DNA from: Octopus vulgaris
Taxonomy: Eukaryota
NCBI GenBank assembly: GCA_951406725.2
Contig: OX597841.1
Location: 6,324,001-6,388,000 of the forward strand
Direction: 5' to 3'
Length of the DNA stretch: 64,000 nt
In this document: in pieces, positions 1 through 14,009 of the stretch
How positions within the stretch are numbered: position 1 is the stretch's first letter
How the letters are laid out: each line of letters begins with the position of its first letter
Made by a program: the position numbers and the translations under genes
Notes under the pieces: model-generated
What the model was told of the DNA's origin: nothing
Databases searched by the model: none
The model's input: only the letters and a program-made list of their open reading frames with translations

Positions 1-189
1 CTTTGTTTTCTCACTGCATTGTACTTTCTGGGCATCATTGTGTAACGTTTCTTCAATTCTTTGGGTATTTGTTTCACTCCGGAGGATAATCTCTGGAGGA
101 TAATCTCTGAAATGACAACGAAATAATACCATGTATTAGCTTTTACGTCTGTCCTTCGTGTATCGCGGAATTGCACAAATAAAGCAATC

Positions 190-722
190 AAAAACGATTT
201 CAAGATTATCTTGCTCAAATTCTTTCATCAAAAGACGGAGATGTTCAAAGGGCTTGAGAAAATCTTGATTTCAAGATGATGACCTCAGATTTTATACAGA
301 TTCAGAAGTCAAACATTTGTTCGACTGTTACATCTGTATAAAAGCTGAGGTCCTCTTTTTAAATCCTCGTCTTTTGATGAAAGAATTTGAGGAAGATCAT
401 CCTGTTATCATTATTGATTGCTTTATTTGTGCAATTCTGTATCATGGGGCAGAAAACGATGTTATATATGGATACGACGATGAAGTGAAGCTAGATGCGT
501 TGCTTTCTTGCCCGGGACTCGATTGCTGTCCATCATTATAGGGAATAATTAAATTAATCTTTAGTCAAGCTGGTCGTGAGATTAAGAAATCGATGCTGGT
601 AGATCCGGATTAAAACTATCTTGCCTCTCTTGAATTCCAATTCAAAATATAATGGCTGTAAGCTAATGCCTCAGATTATATCAACCTTGCTCAAAAACCG
701 AAAATTTGAGAGAGGAAGTAAA
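190..722 (+). pseudogene. Degenerate caspase-3/7-like pseudogene
   Basis: DCFICAILYHG..NDVIYGYD..LDALLS..CPSL then TAG at 539-541. QAGRE replaces QACRG, so the catalytic Cys is lost. Most of p10 is deleted, but KLMPQIISTLLK..KFE survives at ~660-720. The 3' flank matches the other caspase loci. Confidence 0.85.
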
Positions 723-868
723 ATATTTCTGGTGTGGGACCCTTAAATAGATATGGAACTTCTTACGGTGAGAATTTCTGACGCATCTGCATATTGTACG
801 AAAAGAATATGGTTTAGAAACACACACATCCAGAGATGCAACGGAGTAGATTTTAAAACCTCATGTAT

Positions 869-1013
<145 letters not shown>

Positions 1014-1029
1014 TAGATATAGATATATA

Positions 1030-1152
1030 TATAATAAACCTTTACATAAATAAATAACGTGAAATACACGAAGGGACGAACATAAGAGACAGACGGGTCA
1101 TTCAAAGCCTTCGTTCTTCAGTCAGAAACCGATTCCTCATCGCAGATTTCGA
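1030..1152 (-). mobile_element. Short repeat abutting (TA)n, probably a Penelope-like 3' remnant
   Basis: Reverse complement matches 23659-23780; both copies end in TA microsatellite. Confidence 0.5.
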
Positions 1153-1431
1153 TACATATATATATACATATATATATATACATATATATAACATGACTAT
1201 TTCCACAGGTAACACCAACAGCATAAATTGATAAATAGATAAATGTAATATTTTCAGCTAAATAATTGCTAAAATGATCATGAACGTGATACTTAACTAA
1301 AAGTATTTCTCAGCATGAATTTTATTAAGAACACCTGTGCCTTTATTAAGAACACCTGTGCCTTATAGTTAAATTCTAAATTTCAAAAGGATCTGTGTGT
1401 GTGTGTTTGTGTGTGTGTGTGTATGTGCGTG

Positions 1432-1810
1432 TGTCTATCTGTGTACGATTGCGCACGCGCCCTCCATTCTATTCCACCTTTCACCCCCCTCACTGATTTC
1501 GAAGCAAATGTCACCTTCAACACGACATGAAACGAGAAAGTAAATATATAAAACTTCGTGACGGAAATTACCGAAGATTTAGACCCTCAACGAAACATTG
1601 CCGAATTTTTAAATTCCAAATACTGAAAGAAAGACTCTTTACGGATATTTTGCACCGTGTATCTGACCGTTTAACCCTCTTACCTATGAGGGCAGCCTTC
1701 AGATATATTTTCGTGTGACCCTTTTTTGATTCAAATATCGGCGCAATTCGGTTGTACCCCTATCTCAACTCTCTCTATTTTTCAAAAATATCTCAGGCAT
1801 TCCTATTTTT
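1432..1810. repeat. Segmental duplication block of the caspase flank
   Basis: Near-identical to 10930-11310; a diverged copy lies at 4460-4730. Confidence 0.85.
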
Positions 1811-2699
1811 TTGTTATCGAGGATTATGATTTGGGGTAACAGTTTTTTATTTTACTTTTTTGCTTAATCAACGGAGATTTCGAATGTGAAAGATAGATTT
1901 TTTCAATTTTAAACTTTCAGAAAGAAAGATCCAATGTCATTCCTCCTACATTTTTCTTCTTACAAAAACTAAGAAATTCCGAATGTTGTACATATTGAAC
2001 ATGTGTCTTTGCGCCCGCGTAGATTTCGCCCGAACAGAAGATGAAAAATATGGACCCCTCAAAGAAAATTCAACATGCTAGAAATAACAGCTAAATGAGG
2101 GGAAAATCGTTTTTCTGCGGCATAACCACATGTTACTTTTAAGTCATTGGATTAATCCCAGCAAAATACTCCAAGTTTAATCCCTGGCCAGACCTATCCC
2201 AGCACGATCCCACTTAAGAAAACCAAACAGGTTTCACACAAACACACAACCAAGCACGCACACACACACACACACTTCCACACACAACACATACACATGT
2301 ACGATCGCGTTTATCATGCAATTGACCGTCATTTTTACAGGGAAAGTAAATTGTCCTTGGAAAATGAAACTGTTTTGAAATACAAAGCTAAGTGGCACTA
2401 AAGAAATGCTGAAATGTCATACGTACAATATATGATGCCATTGTCGTCTGCGTCATCGCCGTGAACGACGCCATCTTAGAAAGCATTTAGTGCTGTTTAT
2501 CAATGTTTTCCGGGGAGTTGATTTACACGAGAGCCCTCAGAAGATAGGAAGGCTGCAACAGGTTCCAGACTGGATGCTAGACACAGCCGAGGCGTTCGTA
2601 ATGGAAAGTGTAGAACTGGGGTCCAATATATTTACAGACGAGTGAGCCAGTTACCACAATTTCCAAACACTTGTCTTTATTGACGCCATTGTGAAATAC

Positions 2700-3480
2700 T
2701 CTCGTACCTTTATAAACCCACGGAGTGGTGTATGTAGAAATCTTGTGGACCCGTATCTTCTCAACCGGCTGAAAAGACATCTCAGAGCAGGTCTTACCAG
2801 AGAATCAATGTGGCACCGGGTGAGGGAGATGAACGATGGACACAATCTTCACACAGACACAGTTAGGGGAGAAATACTTTAGTAAGTGCTGGAGAAGGTT
2901 GTTGACATCGCGGGGACGGAAGGACTCGCCTTGGTTGGCGGAGATTTAGGGAATCGTTTGCAGTCAACCACGGTGAGAAGTAGTGGTGCGTGTTATCCAA
3001 GCTTTCTTGTATGTTTGCGTCCAGATGTGTTTGCACCATGATGGTCAACTAGCAAAAGGGCGATTTCAACCGTACTAGAATAGATGGGAAGCCCTTCAGC
3101 CTGGCTCAACTTCGTACTTACACCAAAATCAGGGAAATGCGTTCAGGGTGCTGCCCTCGGCAGACAATTCAGTGTTCTACCAGATTCCACCAAGTTGCCA
3201 TATTATATCGAGGGCTCCAGAGCATTTGAGGTAGACTGAGGGCTTTATCCCTGGACAGTGCTTTGACTTGTATTAACATTTCTGACTTGGAAGTTAAGTG
3301 GTGAATACAGTCTGCCAGAAAGGCTTTTGCCTCCTTTGAGAAGCATCTACAGAGATTCCTTGGCAGTGACCACAAAATGCAAGCGAAATTGTAAAATGGT
3401 GCAGTGCTCACTTGCCTCAACTATTCAACGGAATGCGTTGCTCTTGACCACCGACATATCAAAGCCCTGGCCTGAGCCCT
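2700..3480 (+). mobile_element. Highly decayed RTE-clade LINE RT fragment
   Basis: Broken motifs RIDGKPFSL and IQSARKAF, plus AVLTCLNYSTE, resemble RTE/BovB RT C-terminal motifs. Many stops and frameshifts. Confidence 0.45.
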
Positions 3481-3738
3481 AATGTGGAGGCCCTGCGCTG
3501 CACTGTCGCGGTTAGTATGAAGGCCCTCTTCACCTTATTGCGTCTCGGCTGGGCATGACATGTTTGCAGTAGGAAGAGTGAAAGTTTACGTAAGGCAGAT
3601 TTTGTTTTATGGTAAAAGGCATCAGGGCAGGTGAAGCCGTGGTGGCCAGGGGGATGAGCTGGAGATAGATGTGTAGAACTCTGGAATCTCCCTCAGGACC
3701 CTGAAAGGAGAGGTCCCGGCGGCGCAATTGATGGCACC

Positions 3739-4460
<722 letters not shown>

Positions 4461-4815
4461 ACGCACTCTTCGGTGTGGTTCACTTTTCCCCTCCCTCAAC
4501 GATTTCCAAGCAAATGTCGCCTACAAAATGACGTAAATAAAATAAAGAAATAAAAATTTCCTTACGGAAATTGCCGAAGATTTAAACCATCAACGAAACA
4601 TTGCCGAAATTTTAAATGCCAAATAAGGGAAGAAAGACATTCTATCAATATCATCGAACACCGTGCATCTGAACGTTTAACCCTCTCACCTATGAGTTCA
4701 GCCCTCAGATAGTTTTTCGTGTAACCCCTTAAGGTGTGGAGTCCTTAAATAGAAACGCAGATTATTACGGTGAGAATTTCTGATGCATTTGTATATTTTG
4801 AGTTGGAAGCGAGGT

Positions 4816-4840
4816 GTTGGATTTCGTTAACGCATGCGCA
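4816..4840 (+). promoter_or_regulatory. Conserved caspase promoter motif containing an NRF1-like GCATGCGCA
   Basis: GTTGGATTTCGTTAACGCATGCGCA ~80 bp before the ATG; recurs upstream of all four intact caspases. Confidence 0.65.
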
Positions 4841-4921
4841 TTGATAGCAATTTGAGAGGACAGAAATAATATATAATAAACGGAACCAGGTTCTGCTCAT
4901 CACATTCTTACATCGACTACC

Positions 4922-5908
4922 ATGGCAGATGGAGGTGAAAACGTTGGGACAAGCGATCAGCCCCATTCACCAACTAAGGAAGATCTTAGTAAATGTTTCG
5001 CTAAATATGATATGGATGATAAAAAGCGACTTGTAGCCTACATCTTCAACCACGAAAATTTCAAAAACAACCATCCTGAATCTCGTGAAGGCTCATCAAA
5101 AGATACAGAAGCTTTTATAGCGGCATTAATAAAACTTGGATTTTCTGAACGGGATGTCACAGTTTTTAAAGATAAAACAGCCGATGAAATGCTCAATGCT
5201 TTCAAAAATGTTAACGAAGTTGGAACTCGTAATCCAGTTGGTTGCTTTGTTTGTGCAATTATGAGCCATGGTAGGGAAAACGATCAGTTATGTGCATACG
5301 ACCGCGATGTTGGACTGTATGATTTGCTTTCTTGCCTGACACCCGTTAAATGTCCATCTTTAAGAAAAGTACCCAAATTAATTTTTGTTCAAGCATGTCG
5401 TGGAGGAGAGATTGATGAAGGAGCCTGTGTAACTGATGGCCCTGAAACAGAAGTGAATGAAACGCTATCCAATATTCCAATTATGCCTGATCTGTTGGTT
5501 TTTCATTCCTCCTATAATAAATATTCGTCGTTCAGGAATGAAACGAATGGTTCGTGTTTTATGAAAACATTAAGTAAAGCTTTGAGTGAATTTGGCACTG
5601 AACGTGAACTCCTGACACTTTTAACCGCTGTCTCTTACTATGTTGCTTCTGAAAAATTCGAAACTAAACGCAATCCCGAACTGGAGGAGAAACAAATGCC
5701 TCAGATTATGTCGACATTGCTCAAACAGCTAAAGTTTGAACCGAGGAGGGAAAATGCTTCATCAAAAGCACGTAAGCGAAGCAGAAGTCCACTTGAGGAA
5801 ACGGATGGGAGTTCAAAGAAGCGCCCGCGCAAGCCGACATTTATACGCACAACTCCAAGAACATACAAATACACATACATAAACACATTCATATGCACAG
5901 TAATGTAG
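4922..5908 (+). CDS. Single-exon short-prodomain caspase-3/7-like protease with basic C-terminal extension
   Basis: Uninterrupted 328-aa ORF with REGSSKD (S1 Arg), MSHG (His), [11 protein letters not shown] (Cys), SFRN..GSCF and KQMP. Confidence 0.93.
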   Translation: MADGGENVGTSDQPHSPTKEDLSKCFAKYDMDDKKRLVAYIFNHENFKNNHPESREGSSKDTEAFIAALIKLGFSERDVTVFKDKTADEMLNAFKNVNEVGTRNPVGCFVCAIMSHGRENDQLCAYDRDVGLYDLLSCLTPVKCPSLRKVPKLIFVQACRGGEIDEGACVTDGPETEVNETLSNIPIMPDLLVFHSSYNKYSSFRNETNGSCFMKTLSKALSEFGTERELLTLLTAVSYYVASEKFETKRNPELEEKQMPQIMSTLLKQLKFEPRRENASSKARKRSRSPLEETDGSSKKRPRKPTFIRTTPRTYKYTYINTFICTVM

Positions 5909-5909
5909 A

Positions 5910-6480
5910 AACACACACACACACACACACGCACACATACGCACACACATGCACACACACACACATACGCACACACATGCACACACACACACACACATAC
6001 GCACACACATGCACACATACGCACACACATGCACACATACACACACATACGCGCACACACACACATGCACACATACGCACACACACACACACACACACAC
6101 AAGCACACATGCACTCACACGCAGACACACACATGCACACACACACGTACACACACACACATACGCACACACACGCACACACGCACAAACACACACACAT
6201 GCACACACACACACACACACACATATGCACACATACGCACACACACGCACACACACACACATACACATACGCACACATACGCACACGCACGCACACACAC
6301 ACACACACATACACATACGCACACGCACAAACACACACATACGCACACACACGCAGACACACACACACACACACACACACACGCGCACACACACACATAC
6401 ACATACGCTCACGCACACAGACACACACACGCACACACACGCAGACACACACACGCACACATACGCACACACATGCACGC

Positions 6481-6518
<38 letters not shown>

Positions 6519-6650
6519 GCACACACACACACACACACATACGCACACGCACACACACACACATACACATACACACACGCACACACGCACACACACACGC
6601 ACACATACGCACACACATGCACGCATATGCACACATACGCACACACACGC

Positions 6651-6722
<72 letters not shown>
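5910..6722. repeat. Compound (CA)n microsatellite
   Basis: About 800 bp of interrupted CA repeats. Confidence 0.97.
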
Positions 6723-6724
<2 letters not shown>

Positions 6725-7104
6725 CGCGTTGAACGTTGTATAAGAATGAAGGTAAATTGATCTTCGAAACATGGAATGGTTCTGCGATTCAAACCAGAAG
6801 TGACACTAAAAACATCCATTAATATCATATACAGAATATAAAATGCCAGAATTTTCTTTTTGTATATCAATATACAGAATATCAGATGTCGTAATCCGGA
6901 AATAGATCGCTGGAAACAAAACCCCCAGCGTATGATGACATAACTGAAAGAGCTAAAGATTGAACCGTGATAATATCTTCTTACGGTGAGAATATCCTTT
7001 CGATGTGAATATTACACTAAAAGAATATATTTTTGGAACTTATGCATTTACAGTTGCAAGAGAAGTATATTTTATGAATTCATACATACTCTTTACTCTC
7101 TTTT

Positions 7105-7519
7105 ACTCTTTTCTCTTTACTCTTTTAGTTGTTTCAGTCATTTGACTGCGGCCATGCTGGAGCACCGCCTTTTGTCGAGCAAATCGACCCCGGGACTTAT
7201 TCTTTGTAAGCCCAGTACTTATTCTATCGGTTTCTTTTGCCGAACGGCTAAGTGACGGGGACGTAAACACACCAGCATCGGTTGTCAAGCAATGCTAGGG
7301 GGACAAACACAGACACACAAACACACACACACATACATATATATATACATATATACGACAGGCTTCTTTCAGTTTCCGTCTACCAAATCCACTCACAAGG
7401 CTTTGGTCGGCCCGAGGCTATAGCAGAAGACACTTGCCCAAGATGCCACGCAGTGGGACTGAACCCGGAACCATGTGGTTGGTAAACAAGCTACTTACCA
7501 CACAGCCACTCCTGCGCCT
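7105..7519 (-). mobile_element. tRNA-derived SINE, family A (octopus OK/OR-like), full length
   Basis: Reverse complement begins GGCGCAGGAGTGGCTGTGTGGTAAG with A box and GGTTCAGTCCC B box; ends in an AGTAAAAG tail. Many copies in the window. Confidence 0.9.
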
Positions 7520-7631
7520 ACAACAAAATGAAAAAAAACACTATTTTCACATTTTATTCCCACAGCAGAAATTAATAAATAGATAAATGTAATGTTTCCA
7601 ACTAAATAATTGTTAATATAATTACAAATTG

Positions 7632-7843
7632 TCACACGCTGACGAGAGGTCAATACCTCGAAACTCGGGTCCGTGTGTATCATAAGTTGAAGACGGGAAG
7701 GATGACTTCCCTTTGCAAATACTGATAGGGCACAGAAAGTGTGTCTATGGCCAGCTGGAGGAGTGTGTCCTCCTGGGGCTAAAAACTACAGTAGCATCCA
7801 CCCTTAGGGGTTAGCCATATTGAAATGGCAAATATACGTCACG
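7632..7843 (+). mobile_element. Retrozyme-like insertion (~210 bp) with 14-bp TSD
   Basis: ATAATTACAAATTG at 7618-7631 and 7844-7857. The insert is absent from the paralogous flank at 16875-16890 and carries a hammerhead. Confidence 0.8.
7633..7677 (+). ncRNA. Type I hammerhead ribozyme with canonical core
   Basis: CACACG-CTGACGA-GAGGT caat ACCTC-GAAAC tcgg GTC|CGTGTG; predicted cleavage after C7671. Confidence 0.9.
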
Positions 7844-8142
7844 ATAATTACAAATTGATATTGGTTTAATAAATATACTGTAACTTTTTAGATAATTAAC
7901 TAAAAGTATTTCCTAACGTAAATTTTACTAAGAATATCTCAGCTTTCTACGAACATTCTAAATTTCAAACTAATTTTTCACTCTTAAAATTGAACTAAAC
8001 ACTGTTTAACGATGTCGCACTCTGCGCATCTGAACGTTTAAACCTCTTACTTATGAATTTAGACCTCAGATATTTTTTTGAAAAAAGAATTGGTTTATGG
8101 TTACAACTGACCACCGCCAAACTTGATTTGGTTTCAGAAATA

Positions 8143-8582
8143 GGATCTTTTCGGTTTGAACGGCAGTTTTTTAAATATAATTTCCACGTAACTAAACACT
8201 TTTAAACTTCGTATACTGGTGGAATGTGTTTATAAAACATCTTTTTCTCTTGGCTTTATTGAGAAAATTCTAGAGTTTGTAAGATATTTGTTGTTTTTTT
8301 CTTCAATTTCTGCAATTTCAACCAATCAATGACATCTATTGAGCTAAAAAAAACATTCTGTGCGTATGAATATGTCCCCCGTTTAAGAAACAGATTGGGT
8401 TTATTTACATTTGTGAACAAAAAAAGATACCCTTCCCCCTACCCCTACCCCTAACCCTAACCCTAACTAACCCTAACCCTAAAACCGATTGAAATGTAAT
8501 AGATCGATACTAGGGTCATAATTATGGGTGACAGTTTCATATGACACCGCTAGAAAAACTGCCGTTCAAACAGAAAAGATCC
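8143..8582. mobile_element. MITE with ~29-bp TIRs and 8-bp TSD, internal TAACCC repeats
   Basis: TIR GGATCTTTTCGGTTTGAACGGCAGTTTTT; TSD CAGAAATA. A second copy is at 50202-50615. Confidence 0.85.
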
Positions 8583-9711
8583 CAGAAATATCATATAATA
8601 AGATGTTTCACTAACGCTATTTCCTAATGTAAATTTTACCAAGAACACCAGTGCCCTCCAGGAACATTCTAAATTTCAAAATAACTCTTCACTCTGAATA
8701 TTGACTAACATTCTTTTATATACAATATGAACAATATTAATATGCGCGCCATTTTATTCATGCGCTTTCATATACCGCTGCATTCGTAAAAGTTTCTCTG
8801 CCGAAGAGAAATTGTTTTTTCTTTCTTACTCACTGTATTATTCTATCTCAGCACAATTTCTAAATATCTTTTCCAATTTTTCTGCTAATTTTAAAATCTG
8901 GTGGATGATCTCCTTATAAATTTTGTTATTAAGATTAAATCTTTGAAATGCCGGCGAAATAATGAAATGTATTTGCTTTTACGCTAGTTCTTAATTTCTT
9001 AAAATATTTAAATTTGACTGAAAGCTTCTGCAATGTTCTATACCTGCAAGGCATCGTATTTTGAAGCTCAAAGTTCCGGCCATTGAGGAGTGAAAATGCA
9101 GAAATATTTTGCGCGCGGTCGTGTCTGTGTGTGTAAGTGTGTGTGTGTGTATATGTGTGTATGTGTGTGTGTATGTGTGTGTGTAACATTGTGCATGTGC
9201 CCGAGCGTGTTCTGATTTATGTATTTGTATTCACACACACACACACACACACATACACACACACACATACACACACACACACATACACACATACAATTAC
9301 ACACACACACACACATCCACACACAAACACACACACACATACACACACACACTTACACACACATACACAAACAAACACACACACACATACACACAAACAT
9401 ACACACAAGCACACACAAACACACACACACATACACACACACATACACACACATACACTTACACACACACACATACACTTACACACACACACACACACAC
9501 GCACACACACACATTCACAGCCATTTTCTCGCACATACACCTAAATACATTCATGCATTCTGCGAGTGAGGGTTTCAATATTCAACTCATCCACAATAAA
9601 AGTCAGTGGTTGTATGTGTGTGTGTGTGTGTGTATGTGTGTGTGTATGTGTGTGTATGTGTGTGTGTGTATGTGTGTATGTGTGTATGTGTGTGTGTGTA
9701 TGTGTGTGTGT

Positions 9712-9760
<49 letters not shown>

Positions 9761-9859
9761 TGTATGTGTGTGTGTGTGTGTATATGTGTGTATGTATGTA
9801 TGTGTGTGTGTGTGTGTATGTGTGTGTGTGTACGTATGTGTGTGTGTGTGATTGTGTGT

Positions 9860-9910
<51 letters not shown>

Positions 9911-10468
9911 TGTGTGTATATGTGTGTATGTATGTATGTGTGTGTGTGTGTGTATGTGTGTGTGTGTACGTATGTGTGTGTGTGTGTGATTGTGTGTGTG
10001 TATGTGTGTGTGTGTGTATGTGTGTGTGTTGTGTGTGTGTGTGTGTGTGTGTATGTGTGCATGTGTGTGTGTGTGTGTGTATGTGTGTGTGTGTGTGTTT
10101 GTGTGTGCGTTATTTTCTTGCAGCTTATTGTTTTGAAATTTCCGTAAATAATTTTATTTATTTACTATCATTTCATGTTTTCTTAAAGTCGACATTTGCT
10201 TTGAAGTCGGTGGGGAGGGCAAGGATGGAAACAGGCGCTAGGGTCGAGTCCGCAAATACACTCGCGTACTCAGACGCACGCGCGCACACACACACACATG
10301 TACGATGTGTGTATGTACGTGTATAAGAAAAGTAATTTGTTTATCGGTGTACATATGTGTGTGTGTGTGTGTGTATGTGTAAGCAGGTATGTGTGTGTGT
10401 GATTCTGTGTGTATTTGCGTGTGTAACATTGTGCGTCTGCCCGAGCGTGTTCTGCTTCATGTATTTGT

Positions 10469-10567
<99 letters not shown>

Positions 10568-10692
10568 CTTACACACACACACATACACACACATTTACAC
10601 CTGTTGTCTCTCATGCACAGGTACATATATAAATACATTCATACATTGTGCGTCTGTGAGTTTCGCACGAAAGTCAAAGGATGTGTGTATGG

Positions 10693-10911
10693 CAGTGCTT
10701 TTCAAACTTTTTGCTGGAGCGGAACCCCAAGGAAACATTCCACTGGCTCAAGGAACCCCTGTGCAATAATTTAATAGCCTCATGCACACATATCTGCACA
10801 GGGGAATTAAAAATTACTGCCGATTTTAGCAGTTTTATAACTTCTTGCAGAACCCCTGCACTGTACTGGTGGAACCCTAAGGTTCCGCAGAACCCTGGTT
10901 GAAAACCACTG
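10693..10911. mobile_element. hAT-like MITE
   Basis: Ends CAGTGCTTTTCAA / TTGAAAACCACTG; 8-bp TSD GTGTATGG. Confidence 0.85.
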
Positions 10912-12601
10912 GTGTATGGGTATGTGCGAGTGTCTATCTGTGTACAATTGCGCACGCGCCCTCCATTCTATTCCACCTTTCACCCACCTCACTGATTTCG
11001 AAGCAAATGTCACCTTCAACACGACATGAAACGAGAAAGTAAATATATAAAACTTCGTGACGGAAATTACCGAAGATTTAGACCCTCAACGAAACATTGC
11101 CGAATTTTTAAATTCCAAATACTGAAAGAAAGACTCTTTACGGATATTTTGCACCGTGCATCTGACCGTTTAACCCTCTTACCTATGAGGGCAGCCTTCA
11201 GATATATTTTCGTGTGACCCTTTTTTGATTCAAATATCGGCGCTCTTCGGTTGTACCCCTATCTCAACTCTCTCTATTTTTCAAAAATTTATCAGGCATT
11301 CCTATTTTTTCTCAGCAATCTGAGAAGACAGAAATCTACTACATATGTGGAAAATCGGTGTGTGTTTGTTTGTGGCGTTGTTAGATAACTCCTCCTATAT
11401 CGTTTTATTGATTTTGATGAAACTTGACACGTGAGTAGAACTCATGTCTGGAAATCACGTGACATACTTAAATTGTTGGAAAAGTCGATAATACGGCTCC
11501 TGGAAGGGATTTTTATATCTATGTCACATAACTAATTTTTTAACACCCAAGGGAAATAACCCATAGCACCTGCACTTATAGTCGTTAGTTTTTAGCGAAG
11601 CGATCAATATTTGATTCTCACGGTCAGCGGACCTAATTTTGCTTTTCACTACTCACAGTTTTCTACTGCTAAACCTTATTATTGCACTTTCTTAATGCAT
11701 GTACACTTTCGATGCTCATAACTCCGATAATTCTGCATTTTTCCAGTTAAAATTTTTCGATAACAGTACATAAAATTTAATAAAGGTGTCCCAATACAAT
11801 GAACTCATACTTTGAATGCTTAAAATTCTTTAGAAATGAAGCCAAATTTCAACAGCACATTCAGTTGGGAAACCCTGTATCATACATATTTTACAAATCA
11901 TAATATTTGTTGCTTATTTACTGTTCATACAACATTTTCCCGAAACTAATTGAACCATCGAATTTAGAAATATTTTTTAGGTTTCATTGTTTATGTTCGA
12001 TTTCTTTGAATATTGATATTTTGTGTCCAATTTCTAATTTTTGCAGACAATATCACTTCTATACTTTATTTGACACACGAGTAGAACTCATGTCTGGAAA
12101 CCTCGTGACATACTTAGAATGTTGAAAAAATCGATAATAGGGCCCCTCCAATAGATCTTTCTATCTACTACATATAATAATATTTTATTTAAACAACCCA
12201 AGGGAAATAACCCATACCACCTGCAGATTTTAGCGAAACGATCAATATTTGATTCTCACGATCAGCCAAACTAATTCTGCATTTTACTACCCACAGTTTT
12301 GAACTGCTAAACATTATTATTGCACTTCCTTAATTTGAATCTTAAACCTTAAAGACTTCATTCATACATTTCTATACATACATACTTTTTTGAATCCCCA
12401 TTATTCCAATAATTCTGCATTTTTACAGTTACACTTTCTCCATGAGAGTAGATAAATTTTTTATTCCATAACGTATTTGTAGCAGGCATAGTGTGGATTC
12501 GATCCTCGATTGCCAAATTTCACTTAACACTTCAATTTCACTTAACAAGACCAAAGCCTTGTGAAGGGATTTGGTAGACGGAAAGTGAAAGAAGCTTGTC
12601 G

Positions 12602-12634
<33 letters not shown>

Positions 12635-12642
12635 TCTCCTAT

Positions 12643-12677
12643 GTTTCCGACGAAGAGCTCCGCTCGAAACGTTAAAC
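12643..12677 (+). ncRNA. Minimal Penelope-type hammerhead variant (U4C)
   Basis: GTTT-CCGACGA-A-GAGC tcc GCTC-GAAAC GTT|AAAC, inside a short repeat between TA tracts. Confidence 0.6.
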
Positions 12678-12771
12678 CCTCCTTCTTTCCTTCATTCCTG
12701 AGCGTCCAATAATATTATATTTGTTCCACGTCCTCGCGTTGTTGTGTTTTTTTGTGCTTTCTTGTTTGGAT

Positions 12772-12831
<60 letters not shown>

Positions 12832-12929
12832 TATACATATATATATATACATATATATATATATATGTATATATATATATGTGTATATATATATATGTGT
12901 ATATATATATATGTATATATATATATATG

Positions 12930-13029
<100 letters not shown>

Positions 13030-13290
13030 TGTTGTAACACATCGCTGGTCACAATGCGTTCGCATTGTTTAGCCACCCCGCTGGCTAAGCGAGCAGGCCA
13101 ACAGGAGAAAGAGTGGGAGAAAGTGTGGTGAAAGAGTACAGCAGGGATCACCACCACCCCACCTGCCGGAGCCTCGTGGACCTTTTTAGGTGTTTTCGCT
13201 CAATAAACACTCACAACGCCCGGTCTGGGAATCGAAACCGCGATCCTGCGACTGCGAGTCCGCTGTCCTAACCACTAGGCCATTGCGCCT
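13030..13290 (-). mobile_element. tRNA-derived SINE, family B
   Basis: Reverse complement GGCGCAATGGCCTAGTGGTTAGGACAGCGGACTCGC...GGTTTCGATTCCC. Other copies at 17528-17897 (+), 44222-44590 (-) and 49585-49762 (-). Confidence 0.85.
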
Positions 13291-13443
<153 letters not shown>

Positions 13444-13492
13444 GTGAATTGAAGAAATGGAGCTGAACGCAGATTGAACAGAAATCGTTTTA

Positions 13493-13581
13493 TTTCATTC
13501 TACACGTGTTTCGAAAGGCACAAATTACCAAAATCCGATTGAATAATGGGACCATATTGTGTCTTTCTCTTCAGGAAGAAA
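13493..13581 (-). ncRNA. Type I hammerhead with extended stem II
   Basis: Minus strand reads TTC-CTGAAGA-GAAAGACACAA...TTGTGCCTTTC-GAAAC acgt GTA|GAA; stem III is the palindrome ACACGTGT. Confidence 0.8.
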
Positions 13582-13978
13582 AAGGAAATCCGTTGGAAAA
13601 ACAAAAACAGAACAGAGGCGGAGCAAAAAACAAATCGAACTGTGCTCCTAAGAGCCCATGGCGAAACTGTTTATCAGTGTATGTTGAGAACCGGTGGCTG
13701 AAGAATTCAACGGGTCAGGCATCGGTCACTCATGTGGGTGAGGGTGTATAGATGTTCTTTGTGACCGAGAATAAAGTTCTGACTATTTAAGGAATATTGG
13801 ATGTTTTATAAGGGGCGAGAGAAAAATCTACTTAGAGACGTGTGTGTGTGTATACTGTTCTATATATGTGTGTGTTGGCGTAGGGGTAGAAAACATTTTT
13901 TGTGTACGTGTGTGCGTTTGATCGTTCGGCTGTCAGTGGCTACTGCCGTGATAACCGTTGGGTGGCAGAAAGAAAAAA

Positions 13979-14009
<31 letters not shown>

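Noticed and set aside
1105-1150. CTGAAGA/CTGATGA motifs here (minus strand), at 23691 and near 14968 (minus strand) as hammerheads
   Set aside because: No stem II followed by GAAA could be built by eye; at most decayed remnants.
1527-1718. 63-aa ORF repeated at 11026-11217 as a conserved small gene
   Set aside because: The identity is explained by a recent DNA duplication; the older copy at 4460-4730 does not keep the frame.
8440-8482. TAACCC repeats as telomere or fusion relics (also 46210, 50300, 52630)
   Set aside because: Short, degenerate, and internal to MITEs or duplicated flanks.
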